Shown here: positions 38,629-47,420 of the stretch, one piece after another
Numbering within the stretch: position 1 is the first letter of the stretch
Layout: each line of letters starts with the position of its first letter
Virus record (IMG/VR): IMGVR_UViG_3300028377_000005
Location: 32,001-96,000 of that record
Direction: 5' to 3' (one strand)
Origin: a virus
Length of the DNA stretch: 64,000 nt
Made by a program: the position numbers and the translations under genes
Notes under the pieces: model-generated
Database searches by the model: none
The model's input: the letters and a program-made list of their open reading frames with translations, nothing else
What the model was told of the DNA's origin: nothing

Positions 38629-39186
38629 TTACCTCCACGGTAAATTGCTGCGGTCGGGAGGGCCGATGGGTATGGGTATTTTTTCGTCTTTACCGCGAAC
38701 CAAATAGATAGTGTCGCAGCACCACCCATCAAAGTCTGTGATGCCAGAGGTTTCCCAGCTTTGGGGGAAACCGTCCCTTTTGGCGTAGTAACCTAGCGTC
38801 ATGTGGGGTGTGTAGCCGTACCGCTGCGGAGGCAGCATGTCGACTTTAGATAGGATATCGAGGTAAGTAGCTCGCCAGATATCTAGCCCGGCCCCGTTGA
38901 TCAGGAGCCAATGTACGTACATGTCGGGTGCGTTGAAAAACCCCGTGCCTTCAACCCAAAGCTCGATGGGGTCCATAAGAGAAGCGGTCCTTTTACAGAC
39001 CTGTAACAGTTGCTCCGCTTGTTCATCATCGGTTTGTCCGAGACGAACAAGGGTCATGTGCAAGCCGTTGTTAATCACGTCGTCTTGGGCGTGGTCGTGG
39101 GCGTGGTCCAACACCACCTTGGGTGGGTAGATCGCCAGCATCGTCATCTGATTGGTGATCGTCGGCGCATTGGCTTCAAAGTCCAT
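38629..39186 (-). CDS. 2H phosphoesterase (LigT / 2'-5' RNA ligase superfamily)
   Basis: Two HxT motifs: LHMTL and YTPHMTL. Confidence 0.85.
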   Translation of the reverse strand: MDFEANAPTITNQMTMLAIYPPKVVLDHAHDHAQDDVINNGLHMTLVRLGQTDDEQAEQLLQVCKRTASLMDPIELWVEGTGFFNAPDMYVHWLLINGAGLDIWRATYLDILSKVDMLPPQRYGYTPHMTLGYYAKRDGFPQSWETSGITDFDGWCCDTIYLVRGKDEKIPIPIGPPDRSNLPWR

Positions 39187-39271
39187 GCCGATCTCACCTG
39201 TTTAGGTTAGTGGGTTTACTCCCTTCCCCTTGAATATCGGAACAATATCCATCCCCACCTATGCCGTGTAA

Positions 39272-39640
39272 TTAGGCATTGCCACAGAGGTTTTGTGTGA
39301 TCTCCAGTTTGCGTACCAGTTCGCGCTTTTTCACGATCTCTTCCGCAAGATATTTCTGAAAGACCTCTACCGCCTCTTCCATTTCCCTGAATTTTTTATT
39401 TGGGGGCGGGTGGTCTAACATCAACCCGTCGCCCATGATGTACATGAACTGCCACCACCGGTGATCATCAATCACATTGACACGCCCCGTCAAATGTAAG
39501 GCGCATATCTTTTCGTCGCCCTTAAAGAGGGTGCCTGTGATCGACACACCGGTAGAAAAGGTAGCGGGTTCCCATTCCATCTCGGGCATTAACGTTTGCG
39601 CCTTCTCTAGGCTTATATCTACTGCTGTCTGTTCAGGCAT
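39272..39640 (-). CDS. Hypothetical protein
   Basis: ATG 39640 overlaps the end of infA. Confidence 0.6.
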   Translation of the reverse strand: MPEQTAVDISLEKAQTLMPEMEWEPATFSTGVSITGTLFKGDEKICALHLTGRVNVIDDHRWWQFMYIMGDGLMLDHPPPNKKFREMEEAVEVFQKYLAEEIVKKRELVRKLEITQNLCGNA

Positions 39641-39851
39641 GACGGTAAACGATCCTTCCCTTGGTGAGGTCATAGGGGCTCATTTCCACGTCCACCTCGT
39701 CGCCGGGGAGGATGCGGATATTGTGCTTGCGAATTTTACCCGAAATGTGGCACAGAATCTCGTGCTCGTTTTCAAGCTCGACCCGGAACAGCGCATTGGG
39801 AAGGGCTTCCGTAACTTCACCCGTTTGTTCAATCATGTCTTCTTTGCTCAT
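39633..39851 (-). CDS. infA: Translation initiation factor IF-1
   Basis: [24 protein letters not shown]...[32 protein letters not shown]. Confidence 0.97.
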   Translation of the reverse strand: MSKEDMIEQTGEVTEALPNALFRVELENEHEILCHISGKIRKHNIRILPGDEVDVEMSPYDLTKGRIVYRHA

Positions 39852-39856
39852 GCTAC

Positions 39857-40465
39857 TTACTCTCCGTTTTCAAATGGTTTCGACGGTGTGATCTCGATCT
39901 GTCCTTGGTACCTACTACGAAACTCCGCCGATCCGTAGGGTACAATGTCACCTTGGCATGTGGCAAAAGCTACTTGCCCGATCTCCATTTCGGGATAAAT
40001 CCGAATGGGATGAGCGCATCTGATCTCTAACGTCCACGTTCCATTAAAACCGACGTCTCCCCACCCACCACAGATATGGGATTCAAGTCCCAGCCGGGCG
40101 GTTGACGATCTGCCTTCGTACAACGGAACATGCTCTTTGCAAAAAGTACGCTCCAAGGTCCGTCCAAGATACAAGAAGCCCGGCTTTAACACAAGGCCCT
40201 CTGTAGGGATACGTATCTTTTCCGCTTCGTTATCTTCACGAAGATCCAATTCGGGGCGCGGGAAACCTAAATTTTCAGCCCAAGAAGGGGCGGCTTTCCA
40301 CAGGATCCGGTGATACCATTTACAGCGGGCGACCCGGTAAACCATAAGCTCTGGGGCCAGACGCACGTTATAGCTGTTCGGATTGAGGAGCTTCGGATCA
40401 AAAGGTTCGATCTCGATGTTACCTCTATGGATGTGATCTACTATGGCTGACTTGGTTAAAAACAT
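39857..40465 (-). CDS. dcd: dCTP deaminase
   Basis: [37 protein letters not shown]. Confidence 0.9.
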   Translation of the reverse strand: MFLTKSAIVDHIHRGNIEIEPFDPKLLNPNSYNVRLAPELMVYRVARCKWYHRILWKAAPSWAENLGFPRPELDLREDNEAEKIRIPTEGLVLKPGFLYLGRTLERTFCKEHVPLYEGRSSTARLGLESHICGGWGDVGFNGTWTLEIRCAHPIRIYPEMEIGQVAFATCQGDIVPYGSAEFRSRYQGQIEITPSKPFENGE

Positions 40466-40512
40466 GCGTCGCTAATCCTTTAGTAACGGCTTTAGGTAGA
40501 TATAATACGCGG

Positions 40513-41286
40513 TCAGGTACTTGGCGTGGCGACAGCGAACGCGCAGTCTGGCCAGTTATTTTTGATGGTGGGTAGGGACTCCCTCGGAAGACCATCTAAC
40601 AGCACCATGTGGCTCTGCGATACGTAGACCGACGAACACCCTTCCGAAAGTGCCCACTCTTCGATAGTTTCCACTTGCGACGCTTCGCACTGTAGGAGCA
40701 CACGACAGTGAGACAATTGCGGTTCGGTCATGCGGTCAAACTCTTCCCAATCCCGGAAATCACCATCGAGCGGGGCGTCCGACATGCCCTCCTCAACCGC
40801 TTCGAAAGTGTAATCGCATTCGAAATCCGGCCAGAATTTATCACTCCATGCCTGAACGGCTTTCACGATTTCATCTGGAGTCAGAGACGGGCACTCCCAA
40901 ATCACTGTGGGATTGCTGAATGGATCGGCCACCTCTTCGATGGGGCATCCGAAATCCAACTCGCTCAGGCCGAAATCCCCAGCCACTTTCCATTTTTCCG
41001 ACACCAATCGAGGGGTCACAAGAGTCATGAGGTACACCTGTGATGGCTGACCCCCTACCGGAATCTCTAACTGTACGTCCGCGTACTGGCCTTGCCTCCC
41101 GTTGTCGTAATCAAAGACACGGACCGACGCAGGCATATTTTCAAACCAATGCTTCATGCCCTCGTAATAAATGCGAAGGCATCGGTTATGGTACTCGGTC
41201 TCCGGGTTACTTTCCCGGAGATTCGTCTCGTACCAACGCTTCAGTCGATTATAGGACTGGAAGGGAAGTTGCATTACCTGATTCAT
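40513..41286 (-). CDS. Hypothetical protein
   Basis: 257-aa ORF, no motif recognised. Confidence 0.7.
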   Translation of the reverse strand: MNQVMQLPFQSYNRLKRWYETNLRESNPETEYHNRCLRIYYEGMKHWFENMPASVRVFDYDNGRQGQYADVQLEIPVGGQPSQVYLMTLVTPRLVSEKWKVAGDFGLSELDFGCPIEEVADPFSNPTVIWECPSLTPDEIVKAVQAWSDKFWPDFECDYTFEAVEEGMSDAPLDGDFRDWEEFDRMTEPQLSHCRVLLQCEASQVETIEEWALSEGCSSVYVSQSHMVLLDGLPRESLPTIKNNWPDCAFAVATPST

Positions 41287-41369
41287 CTAATCACCCAAGC
41301 CCAAGCAAAAGGAGGACCTATTACCATCTCGTATAGGGAGTAATATCAAATAGCTATTGAAACGTCAAA

Positions 41370-42296
41370 ATGGATAACCTACAGCCAAGGGATCAAGCCT
41401 TGTTTCTACAAGACATCAGTCAAACGCCTGCTTTCGGAAAAGGCGTCCGCGTTTTCGAAGTGTACCCGGAAACGATCAACGACCTCTACCACAAGGGGTA
41501 TGTCGACCTTGATGAGGATACCCCCGTGTATCCCAACCAGCCTCTTATTCTTAGAGCGGGTCAACAGTCGGCACTGGCGTATGTAAGTCGGTCCGGCGAT
41601 CAAATTCTTTGCGTCGACCCTGAAGTATCTTATTTCAAGATCAAGGGACGCAACAAAGAACAAACCCTGCTCCTCAATCTGTTCCAAGATCCCGATATCC
41701 GACTCGTGGTTGTTACTGGAGCTGCCGGAACAGGTAAGACCGTTTGTATCGGAGGGTATGCCCTTCACCAACTTTTCCGAGTAGGGGATTACCGAAAACT
41801 CACCATGTCAAAGCCCCTTGAGATCGTAACCCGGTCGAAATATTGGGGAACTGTACCCGGAGGGGAAAATGAAAAGTTCGCCCCGTTCCTTAAAAGCTAT
41901 TCGATCCTATTTGAAGGGTTGATCGGGGAACGCGGAAAAGCGTATGTCGAAACTGCCATGCAACAGGGGACCATCGACTTCATGCCTGTAGAATTGATGC
42001 GTGGCGTCAGCCTCAAGAACTCTATCGTGTGGTACGACGAAGCCCAGAACCTCAACCACCACGAAATGGAAACGCTGGGTTCCCGTATTGATGATGTGGG
42101 TGGTTCGAAACTCATTTTGAGCGGCGACCTCAACCAGCAGGATGGTCGGATCACTGAAAGCCAAACCGGCCTTTACCGACTCCTAAGCAGCTCCCACTTC
42201 TTGAACTCCCCACACACGGCTCACGTTCATCTGGTACAGAACGAACGTGGTGTGATCTCCCAACTATTTTTCGACGTTTTCAATACCAGCGACTAA
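41370..42296 (+). CDS. phoH: PhoH-family ATPase
   Basis: GAAGTGKT, MRGVSL, DEAQN, LSGDLNQQD, ERG. Confidence 0.92.
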   Translation: MDNLQPRDQALFLQDISQTPAFGKGVRVFEVYPETINDLYHKGYVDLDEDTPVYPNQPLILRAGQQSALAYVSRSGDQILCVDPEVSYFKIKGRNKEQTLLLNLFQDPDIRLVVVTGAAGTGKTVCIGGYALHQLFRVGDYRKLTMSKPLEIVTRSKYWGTVPGGENEKFAPFLKSYSILFEGLIGERGKAYVETAMQQGTIDFMPVELMRGVSLKNSIVWYDEAQNLNHHEMETLGSRIDDVGGSKLILSGDLNQQDGRITESQTGLYRLLSSSHFLNSPHTAHVHLVQNERGVISQLFFDVFNTSD

Positions 42297-42303
42297 TCTA
42301 TGG

Positions 42304-42332
42304 TAGGCCCCCGGCTTCGGGTTGGGGGCCTA
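42304..42332. terminator. GC-rich hairpin between convergent genes
   Basis: TAGGCCCCCGGC...GTTGGGGGCCTA. Confidence 0.55.
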
Positions 42333-43607
42333 CTCATCTCCCCTGCTGTACTTCCAGATAGTATCCGGCAATTTCAACGTAATCGTGGCTCGGCAAGAGC
42401 ACGTGACCAGCGGCTGTGACCTTTTCGGTGAACCTACGAAGATGCTTACGCCCACCTTGATAGGCCCTTCATAGGCGAACACAGACGAAGCGTTATTGTC
42501 CCGAGGGGTGAGCGTTTTGATATCTAGCTCTTCGGGGAACACGTCAGTCCGCGCATAGTCCGGCGTCCCTAAGAAAGTGATGCCTTCCCGCCCGTAAAGA
42601 CCTTCGAACTCTTCGAGCGATATATCATAGGCATAGGCGTTTGATTGCCTGTAGAGCGTGTCGTGGATACCCCACAAGAGGTCGGTAGCCAGTGTAGCTA
42701 CCGATAGCCCTTCGAACGGATCGTCAAGCAGAGCACGGTCCTCACGCATCGAGAAAAGCGCCGACGTCTTGAACGTAGTTTTTCGTTGGTCTTTTTTCCT
42801 AGCTTTTGGCTGCAAGTCTTTAGGGTGTCGCCACGTACTACCCGCCGTATTACTTGACGTATACGTAGTATCTCCGCGTGTCGAATACCACCACTTGTTA
42901 CCCCCGTAGTCATCGGTGAATGTAGTAGCTCCGCCCCACCTGCCTTCGTAATAAGAGATGTATTTTTGGGTGTTGATATGCCGGTCTTCCGTAAGGAAAT
43001 CGTAGCGACCCTCCATGTCTAGCGATATTTGCGCATTGAGCCAAGATCGCACCTTACCGACGAGACCTTTCTTGAACCCGTAAACTTCATCTGAAAGGGT
43101 CTTTTTGAACGCGGGTGCCGCAAAGAGCAGGGTGAGGTTGGAGCGGACCGTCTGAGACGTCGCATGTAGTTCTTCAAGGGCGGCGTCTAGCTTGGTCTGG
43201 ATGTAAAACTCAGCGAACGGGTCACGTTCGATAAGCGGCTCGACCATGCTTCGCATCTGTGCGGCTACGAGGTCCCGGACCTTAGACCCTTTACGGTTAA
43301 GCAGGATCCAGTCTCTGGCCATCGTGTGTATAAGGGATGCGCTATCACGGTCGAGGTTGGGAAGTCCCTTACGGAGCGCCTCGTGGAATTGTGGGAGGCT
43401 TTTGTAATCGGGTAGTTTGTAATCGGCCCAATGACCGAAAGCGACCTTGAAAGCATAAGCAAAGTCACCGTCCTGTTGGCGGAGTTCGTATCGGTAGTGT
43501 GCTTGGACACGATCACGTGAAGCCCAGCGGGCCGCCCGTCTTTCGATCGTAGGCTTGACGCTGGGCATTTCACCCTGTATGCGGTCCCGATTTTCCAGCC
43601 GTTTCAT
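42330..43607 (-). CDS. Hypothetical protein
   Basis: About 425 aa; start set to ATG 43607, downstream of the hairpin. Confidence 0.7.
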   Translation of the reverse strand: MKRLENRDRIQGEMPSVKPTIERRAARWASRDRVQAHYRYELRQQDGDFAYAFKVAFGHWADYKLPDYKSLPQFHEALRKGLPNLDRDSASLIHTMARDWILLNRKGSKVRDLVAAQMRSMVEPLIERDPFAEFYIQTKLDAALEELHATSQTVRSNLTLLFAAPAFKKTLSDEVYGFKKGLVGKVRSWLNAQISLDMEGRYDFLTEDRHINTQKYISYYEGRWGGATTFTDDYGGNKWWYSTRGDTTYTSSNTAGSTWRHPKDLQPKARKKDQRKTTFKTSALFSMREDRALLDDPFEGLSVATLATDLLWGIHDTLYRQSNAYAYDISLEEFEGLYGREGITFLGTPDYARTDVFPEELDIKTLTPRDNNASSVFAYEGPIKVGVSIFVGSPKRSQPLVTCSCRATITLKLPDTIWKYSRGDE

Positions 43608-43638
43608 GCGCTTCGCCTTCCGAGGGGTTTCGTAATAC

Positions 43639-43673
43639 CAAAAAGGGGACCCCAATCTATGGGATCCCCTTTC
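43639..43673 (-). terminator. Intrinsic terminator after the AAA ATPase gene
   Basis: AAAGGGGA.CCCA...TGGG.TCCCCTTT hairpin with T run on the - strand. Confidence 0.6.
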
Positions 43674-43692
43674 CAACTTCGGGGTCGTCCCC

Positions 43693-45369
43693 TTAGTTCA
43701 GGTTGTCGGCGTCGGCGTCTTTTTTGCCGAACAGGTTGTTGAGTCGGTTACCCGAACCTCCCTCACCTTCGGCATAAATCACATCGGCCTCTACGACGTC
43801 CTCACCGGAAGCGTAACGGGCACGCACACCTTCGCGACGGTTCGCATCCCAGCCTACCCAATCGAGTAGCTCTTGGATTTCCTCTTGCATCGTCAGCACA
43901 AGCGGAGGCTTGGTGCGGATGACGTCGAGGATGATTTCGGTCGTGACCTCTTTTTCGTCGGACATGAACGCCTTACGGATAGCATCACATGCCACCTGTT
44001 CGATTTCACGGCCCGTAAGCTGGTCGGACGTGTCCGCCATTTCGGCGAAGTCCAGATCGTCCATGTCGCCCATCGAATCGTTCCAGTATTTTTCGAACTG
44101 GATACGAAAGCAATCTTCGCGGGCTTGACGTGCCGGAAGCCCCACGAAATATTTCTCTTCGAAACGACTGATAAGCTCGGGCGGCAAGTTGCCGATACCG
44201 TTAGCCGTGGCGATGATGAAAATGTCCTCGTCGTGGTCTTGGAACCACGAAAGGAACGTACCAATCACGCGGGCCGTTGTACCGGAGTCGCTGTATGACG
44301 AGGACTGGATACCCGCCAGACCCTTTTCGATTTCGTCGATGAACACGACGCACGGGGCCACAGCTTCGATGTAGTTGAGCGCTGCCCGCATGTTGCGCTC
44401 TGAATCACCAACCCGGCTGCTGAAAAGGTTGGAAGGATCGAACTTCACGAACGTCACACCCATTTCGTTGGCCAGCGCCTTTGCGATAAGGGACTTACCG
44501 CAACCGGGAACGCCAACCTGTAGAAGGCCGCGAGACACGGGGACACCGTACTCTTTGCCTTCGGGGGTCCATGCCGAACGGACTTCGTAGAGGCGCTCTT
44601 TGAGCTTGTCCAGACCGGCGATATCGTTGAAGTCGATATCGGTTTCGAGCAACTCCAGAAGGCTGGTTTTCTGGATGATACCCTTGCGGTAGTTTTGCAT
44701 GTCCTCAAGGGTCACACTCAAGTCTTGCGCCGCTGCGTAATGGATGATGGTTTCCTTGATTTGGAAAACCGTCAGTCCACGGCACGCTTCCACAAAGGTC
44801 TGCGGAATGTCGTCGCCTTCACGATCGGAGGGCAGTGTGAAACTCTGGTCGTAGCTCTGGATCACCGCTTCGACCGATTGCAACACCTTCAGAATCAATT
44901 CGTCCGAGGGTGCATCGAAATCGTGGACAACCGCATAGGGTTCGAGTGCGTGCGGAACCTTGCCCGTCTGACTCACCAGAACCACGGTTCGGGTTGCCCG
45001 ATCGTTGTGCGACGAAGACACGGCGATGTTCTTGAGCCGACGCTGAACCTGTTGGTCTTGCATGAACCGATCGGCGTCCAACATGACGTAGTACAGGCTG
45101 TTCTCGTCCGGTGCCTGCGGCGTCTTGTACATGTTGATGAGCGCCTGATGGACATTGACCGTATCCTTGTCCGTGGGGTGGTTCAAGGCGTTCCACTCGT
45201 CGATATAGCGGCCCGATTCCATCATGCCGAACGTGACGTTCCAGACGAACATCTCGTCCTTTTTGCCGATGGATTTGTGCAACTCTTCGATCAAGCGGTC
45301 TTCCTCGTGAGTTTTAATGACGAGGAGACGCGGTAGGGACCGAAGATACCCTTCCAATTCGTTATTCAT
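43693..45369 (-). CDS. Ycf46-like AAA+ ATPase
   Basis: Inactive N-terminal domain (IKTHEEDR), GVPGCGKSL, VGDSERN, FIDEIEKG, IATAN..LPPELISRF. Confidence 0.88.
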   Translation of the reverse strand: MNNELEGYLRSLPRLLVIKTHEEDRLIEELHKSIGKKDEMFVWNVTFGMMESGRYIDEWNALNHPTDKDTVNVHQALINMYKTPQAPDENSLYYVMLDADRFMQDQQVQRRLKNIAVSSSHNDRATRTVVLVSQTGKVPHALEPYAVVHDFDAPSDELILKVLQSVEAVIQSYDQSFTLPSDREGDDIPQTFVEACRGLTVFQIKETIIHYAAAQDLSVTLEDMQNYRKGIIQKTSLLELLETDIDFNDIAGLDKLKERLYEVRSAWTPEGKEYGVPVSRGLLQVGVPGCGKSLIAKALANEMGVTFVKFDPSNLFSSRVGDSERNMRAALNYIEAVAPCVVFIDEIEKGLAGIQSSSYSDSGTTARVIGTFLSWFQDHDEDIFIIATANGIGNLPPELISRFEEKYFVGLPARQAREDCFRIQFEKYWNDSMGDMDDLDFAEMADTSDQLTGREIEQVACDAIRKAFMSDEKEVTTEIILDVIRTKPPLVLTMQEEIQELLDWVGWDANRREGVRARYASGEDVVEADVIYAEGEGGSGNRLNNLFGKKDADADNLN

Positions 45370-45415
45370 TTACTTTCCTTAATGCGTGTCGTAGTGGCTT
45401 CTTGGTACGTATCGT

Positions 45416-45443
45416 ATTGTACTGGATTGGGAGGGCGTGTCAA
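45416..45443 (-). promoter_or_regulatory. Sigma70-like promoter
   Basis: TTGACA-N16-TACAAT upstream of the AAA ATPase. Confidence 0.65.
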
Positions 45444-45447
45444 CCGC

Positions 45448-45933
45448 CTATTTCAAGGGCGTCTTACCCATGAGTTCATAGGTTTCTTTGTCACTCATGT
45501 TTTCGCGCTTTTCCCATTCGGCAGGCTTTTCCTCGACGTAGGGTACACGGCTTACTGGAATTTGTTTCTGTACCGTTTCGCAGTCGAGGATAAGGGCCAG
45601 TATTTCATCCCCTTCAGGTCCACAGATAAGCATGTTGCTTTCGGTACCACACCCACCACACAGAACCCGAAGATCCTTTCCGGCAGACAAGACGTGGTGC
45701 GCCCAAATGCTGTTCTCTTTACTGTCTTTACTGATAGGGGTTTCCCGGAAATCCACGTCGGCGTCAGTGAAAACAAGCTCTTTCGGGATCCCCAGAGAAA
45801 TACCTACAGCGAGGTCGTATTGAGGGTCCGCGATGTATAGGACAGGTTTCCCGCAATCACACACGTATTCTTTGCAATCGTATTTTTCGTCTGTGAGCGT
45901 TTCGTTGACCAGAAGGTCTTGTGGGGTAAGCAT
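45448..45933 (-). CDS. Putative zinc-binding protein, paralogue A
   Basis: CDCGKPVLYIADPQYDL.VG.S..IP.EL.FT...W..HVL...CGGC; GAGGTG RBS. Confidence 0.7.
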   Translation of the reverse strand: MLTPQDLLVNETLTDEKYDCKEYVCDCGKPVLYIADPQYDLAVGISLGIPKELVFTDADVDFRETPISKDSKENSIWAHHVLSAGKDLRVLCGGCGTESNMLICGPEGDEILALILDCETVQKQIPVSRVPYVEEKPAEWEKRENMSDKETYELMGKTPLK

Positions 45934-45955
45934 CGTATCACCTCGTAGGGGATAT

Positions 45956-45985
45956 AAAAATAGGGGCAACGTTGCCGTGCCCCTA
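45956..45985 (-). terminator. Intrinsic terminator
   Basis: TAGGGGCA...TGCCCCTA followed by TTTTT on the - strand. Confidence 0.6.
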
Positions 45986-46014
45986 CCTTACCCCTAACGT
46001 CCGCCCCGTGTCAA
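45985..46014 (-). promoter_or_regulatory. Sigma70-like promoter
   Basis: TTGACA-N18-TAAGGT. Confidence 0.5.
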
Positions 46015-46020
46015 AGATAA

Positions 46021-46530
46021 TCAATCTTCCAAGTTCCATTCCGTTTTGGGATGGGCTAGGAATCCGATACGGTCTTTCGGGATGGGTTTGTCGACGTGCT
46101 CATGCTTGACAGTCAGGACCAAGAGGCCGCCGTCTTTGCAGATAACGTATTGGTTTTCGTGGTCGCATTCGGGACAGGCAAACGAATAGATGTTGCCCGT
46201 AGCCAGTACGTGTCGCGACCAGAAACCTACCTCGCCCTTGCGAATTTCACCCTTGAGTTCGGTGAAAATCAACTCGATAGGAATCGAAGTTGATAACCCC
46301 ACTTCGAGATCGTATTCCGGCTCAATGATGTTGAGAATGGGGGCTTCGCAGTCCGAGTTTTCACACGGAACAGTGAGACAGAGATAGTCGGATTGCGTAA
46401 ATGGGCCGTTCGAGGTAATAGCAACCTTTGCGGTCCCAAAACGCCCTGCGGAAGAGACGATAGGTCCATCGTCTTGGTTTTCCGTCTGTTTGGTCTGGGC
46501 GTTCTCGATGAGACGCTTGAAACGGCTCAT
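46021..46530 (-). CDS. Putative zinc-binding protein, paralogue B
   Basis: CENSDCEAPILNIIEPEYDLEVGLSTSIPIELIFT...WSRHVL...CPEC aligns with ORF 45448. Confidence 0.7.
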   Translation of the reverse strand: MSRFKRLIENAQTKQTENQDDGPIVSSAGRFGTAKVAITSNGPFTQSDYLCLTVPCENSDCEAPILNIIEPEYDLEVGLSTSIPIELIFTELKGEIRKGEVGFWSRHVLATGNIYSFACPECDHENQYVICKDGGLLVLTVKHEHVDKPIPKDRIGFLAHPKTEWNLED

Positions 46531-46566
46531 AATAAACCTCGTGCGAATATGTTCTAGTATTTAATT

Positions 46567-46624
46567 TTGACAACCCCGAACCACTAGGGTATATGTTAGT
46601 GGTTCGGGGTTTCGATCCAACCCC
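46567..46624 (+). promoter_or_regulatory. Sigma70-like promoter embedded in a 15-bp perfect inverted repeat, antisense orientation
   Basis: TTGACA(46567)-N17-TATATG; arms 46572-46586 and 46597-46611. Confidence 0.55.
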
Positions 46625-46646
46625 TAAAGGCTAGACCCGGTTCGAT

Positions 46647-47033
46647 TTAGAACGATGCTCGCGAACGAATCACGATATCGCCTTCATCGATGACGTCGCC
46701 GAACCCTTCGATGTAGGTTCCAGCGGACGCTTCGAAAGTCTCGTCGACCTGATGGCCTTCGAGCATCATGGTATCGAGCGCGAGGTTCTTGTTGTACACC
46801 TGAAAGAGGCGGTTCTGGACGAAGTTTTTCGCGTTGCGATCATCTTCGTCGAAGTGAACTTCTTGCGTATCGGTGTTGACACCCGCGCCAGTGTACATGA
46901 AGTTCTGGCCTTCAGCACCTTTCACGCGGAACCAAGCGCCTTCCTTGCGGAAGTTGGCTTCCAGATCGTTGAGCGACTGCTCAACAAGTTCTTCACGACC
47001 CATCTTTGTTTCAATAGTAATGCGTCTCGACAT
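46647..47033 (-). CDS. DUF1257/Ycf35-like protein
   Basis: MSRRITIETKM...LVEQSLNDL N-terminus and Y......L...GH pattern; near a Ycf46-like ATPase. Confidence 0.6.
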   Translation of the reverse strand: MSRRITIETKMGREELVEQSLNDLEANFRKEGAWFRVKGAEGQNFMYTGAGVNTDTQEVHFDEDDRNAKNFVQNRLFQVYNKNLALDTMMLEGHQVDETFEASAGTYIEGFGDVIDEGDIVIRSRASF

Positions 47034-47138
47034 GTCGATTACCTCTAGTTGGGTAAAAGGGCTTGTAGCCCGTTAACTACGGGCTTACTCATGTAAGCCC
47101 TATTCCCTGCAGGGGAACTCTGTGAATTTTGCGATGAA

Positions 47139-47342
47139 TCAGTCGATGCCGATGTGGCCAGTCTCGTGGACCGGCGCGCAATCGCCATCCGGCAATTCTT
47201 CATCGTCCGTGATGGTACCCATCTTGCGGGCCGCCACGTAGATGTTTTGGCACAGGTGCTGACCGCGATCAACCACCTGCTGAATGACAGACCCGTCCTT
47301 TTTGATGACGGTGATGTACTCCATGTCCCCATTGTTCGCCAT
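47139..47342 (-). CDS. DUF2997-like small protein
   Basis: ITVIKKDGSV..V....C........G pattern; AGGAG RBS; context with DUF1257/Ycf46. Confidence 0.6.
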   Translation of the reverse strand: MANNGDMEYITVIKKDGSVIQQVVDRGQHLCQNIYVAARKMGTITDDEELPDGDCAPVHETGHIGID

Positions 47343-47391
47343 GCGAATTCTCCTAGTCGTTCGTGTAATTAAACCGTTTTAAGGGACCCTA

Positions 47392-47420
47392 ACGATACCG
47401 TACCGTTTAGGGTGTGTCAA
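47392..47420 (-). promoter_or_regulatory. Sigma70-like promoter
   Basis: TTGACA-N17-TATCGT. Confidence 0.6.

Noticed and set aside
46595-46650. tRNA gene (TAGTGGT and GGTTCGATT look like D- and T-loops)
   Set aside because: No T-stem pairing, acceptor stem or anticodon arm can be formed.
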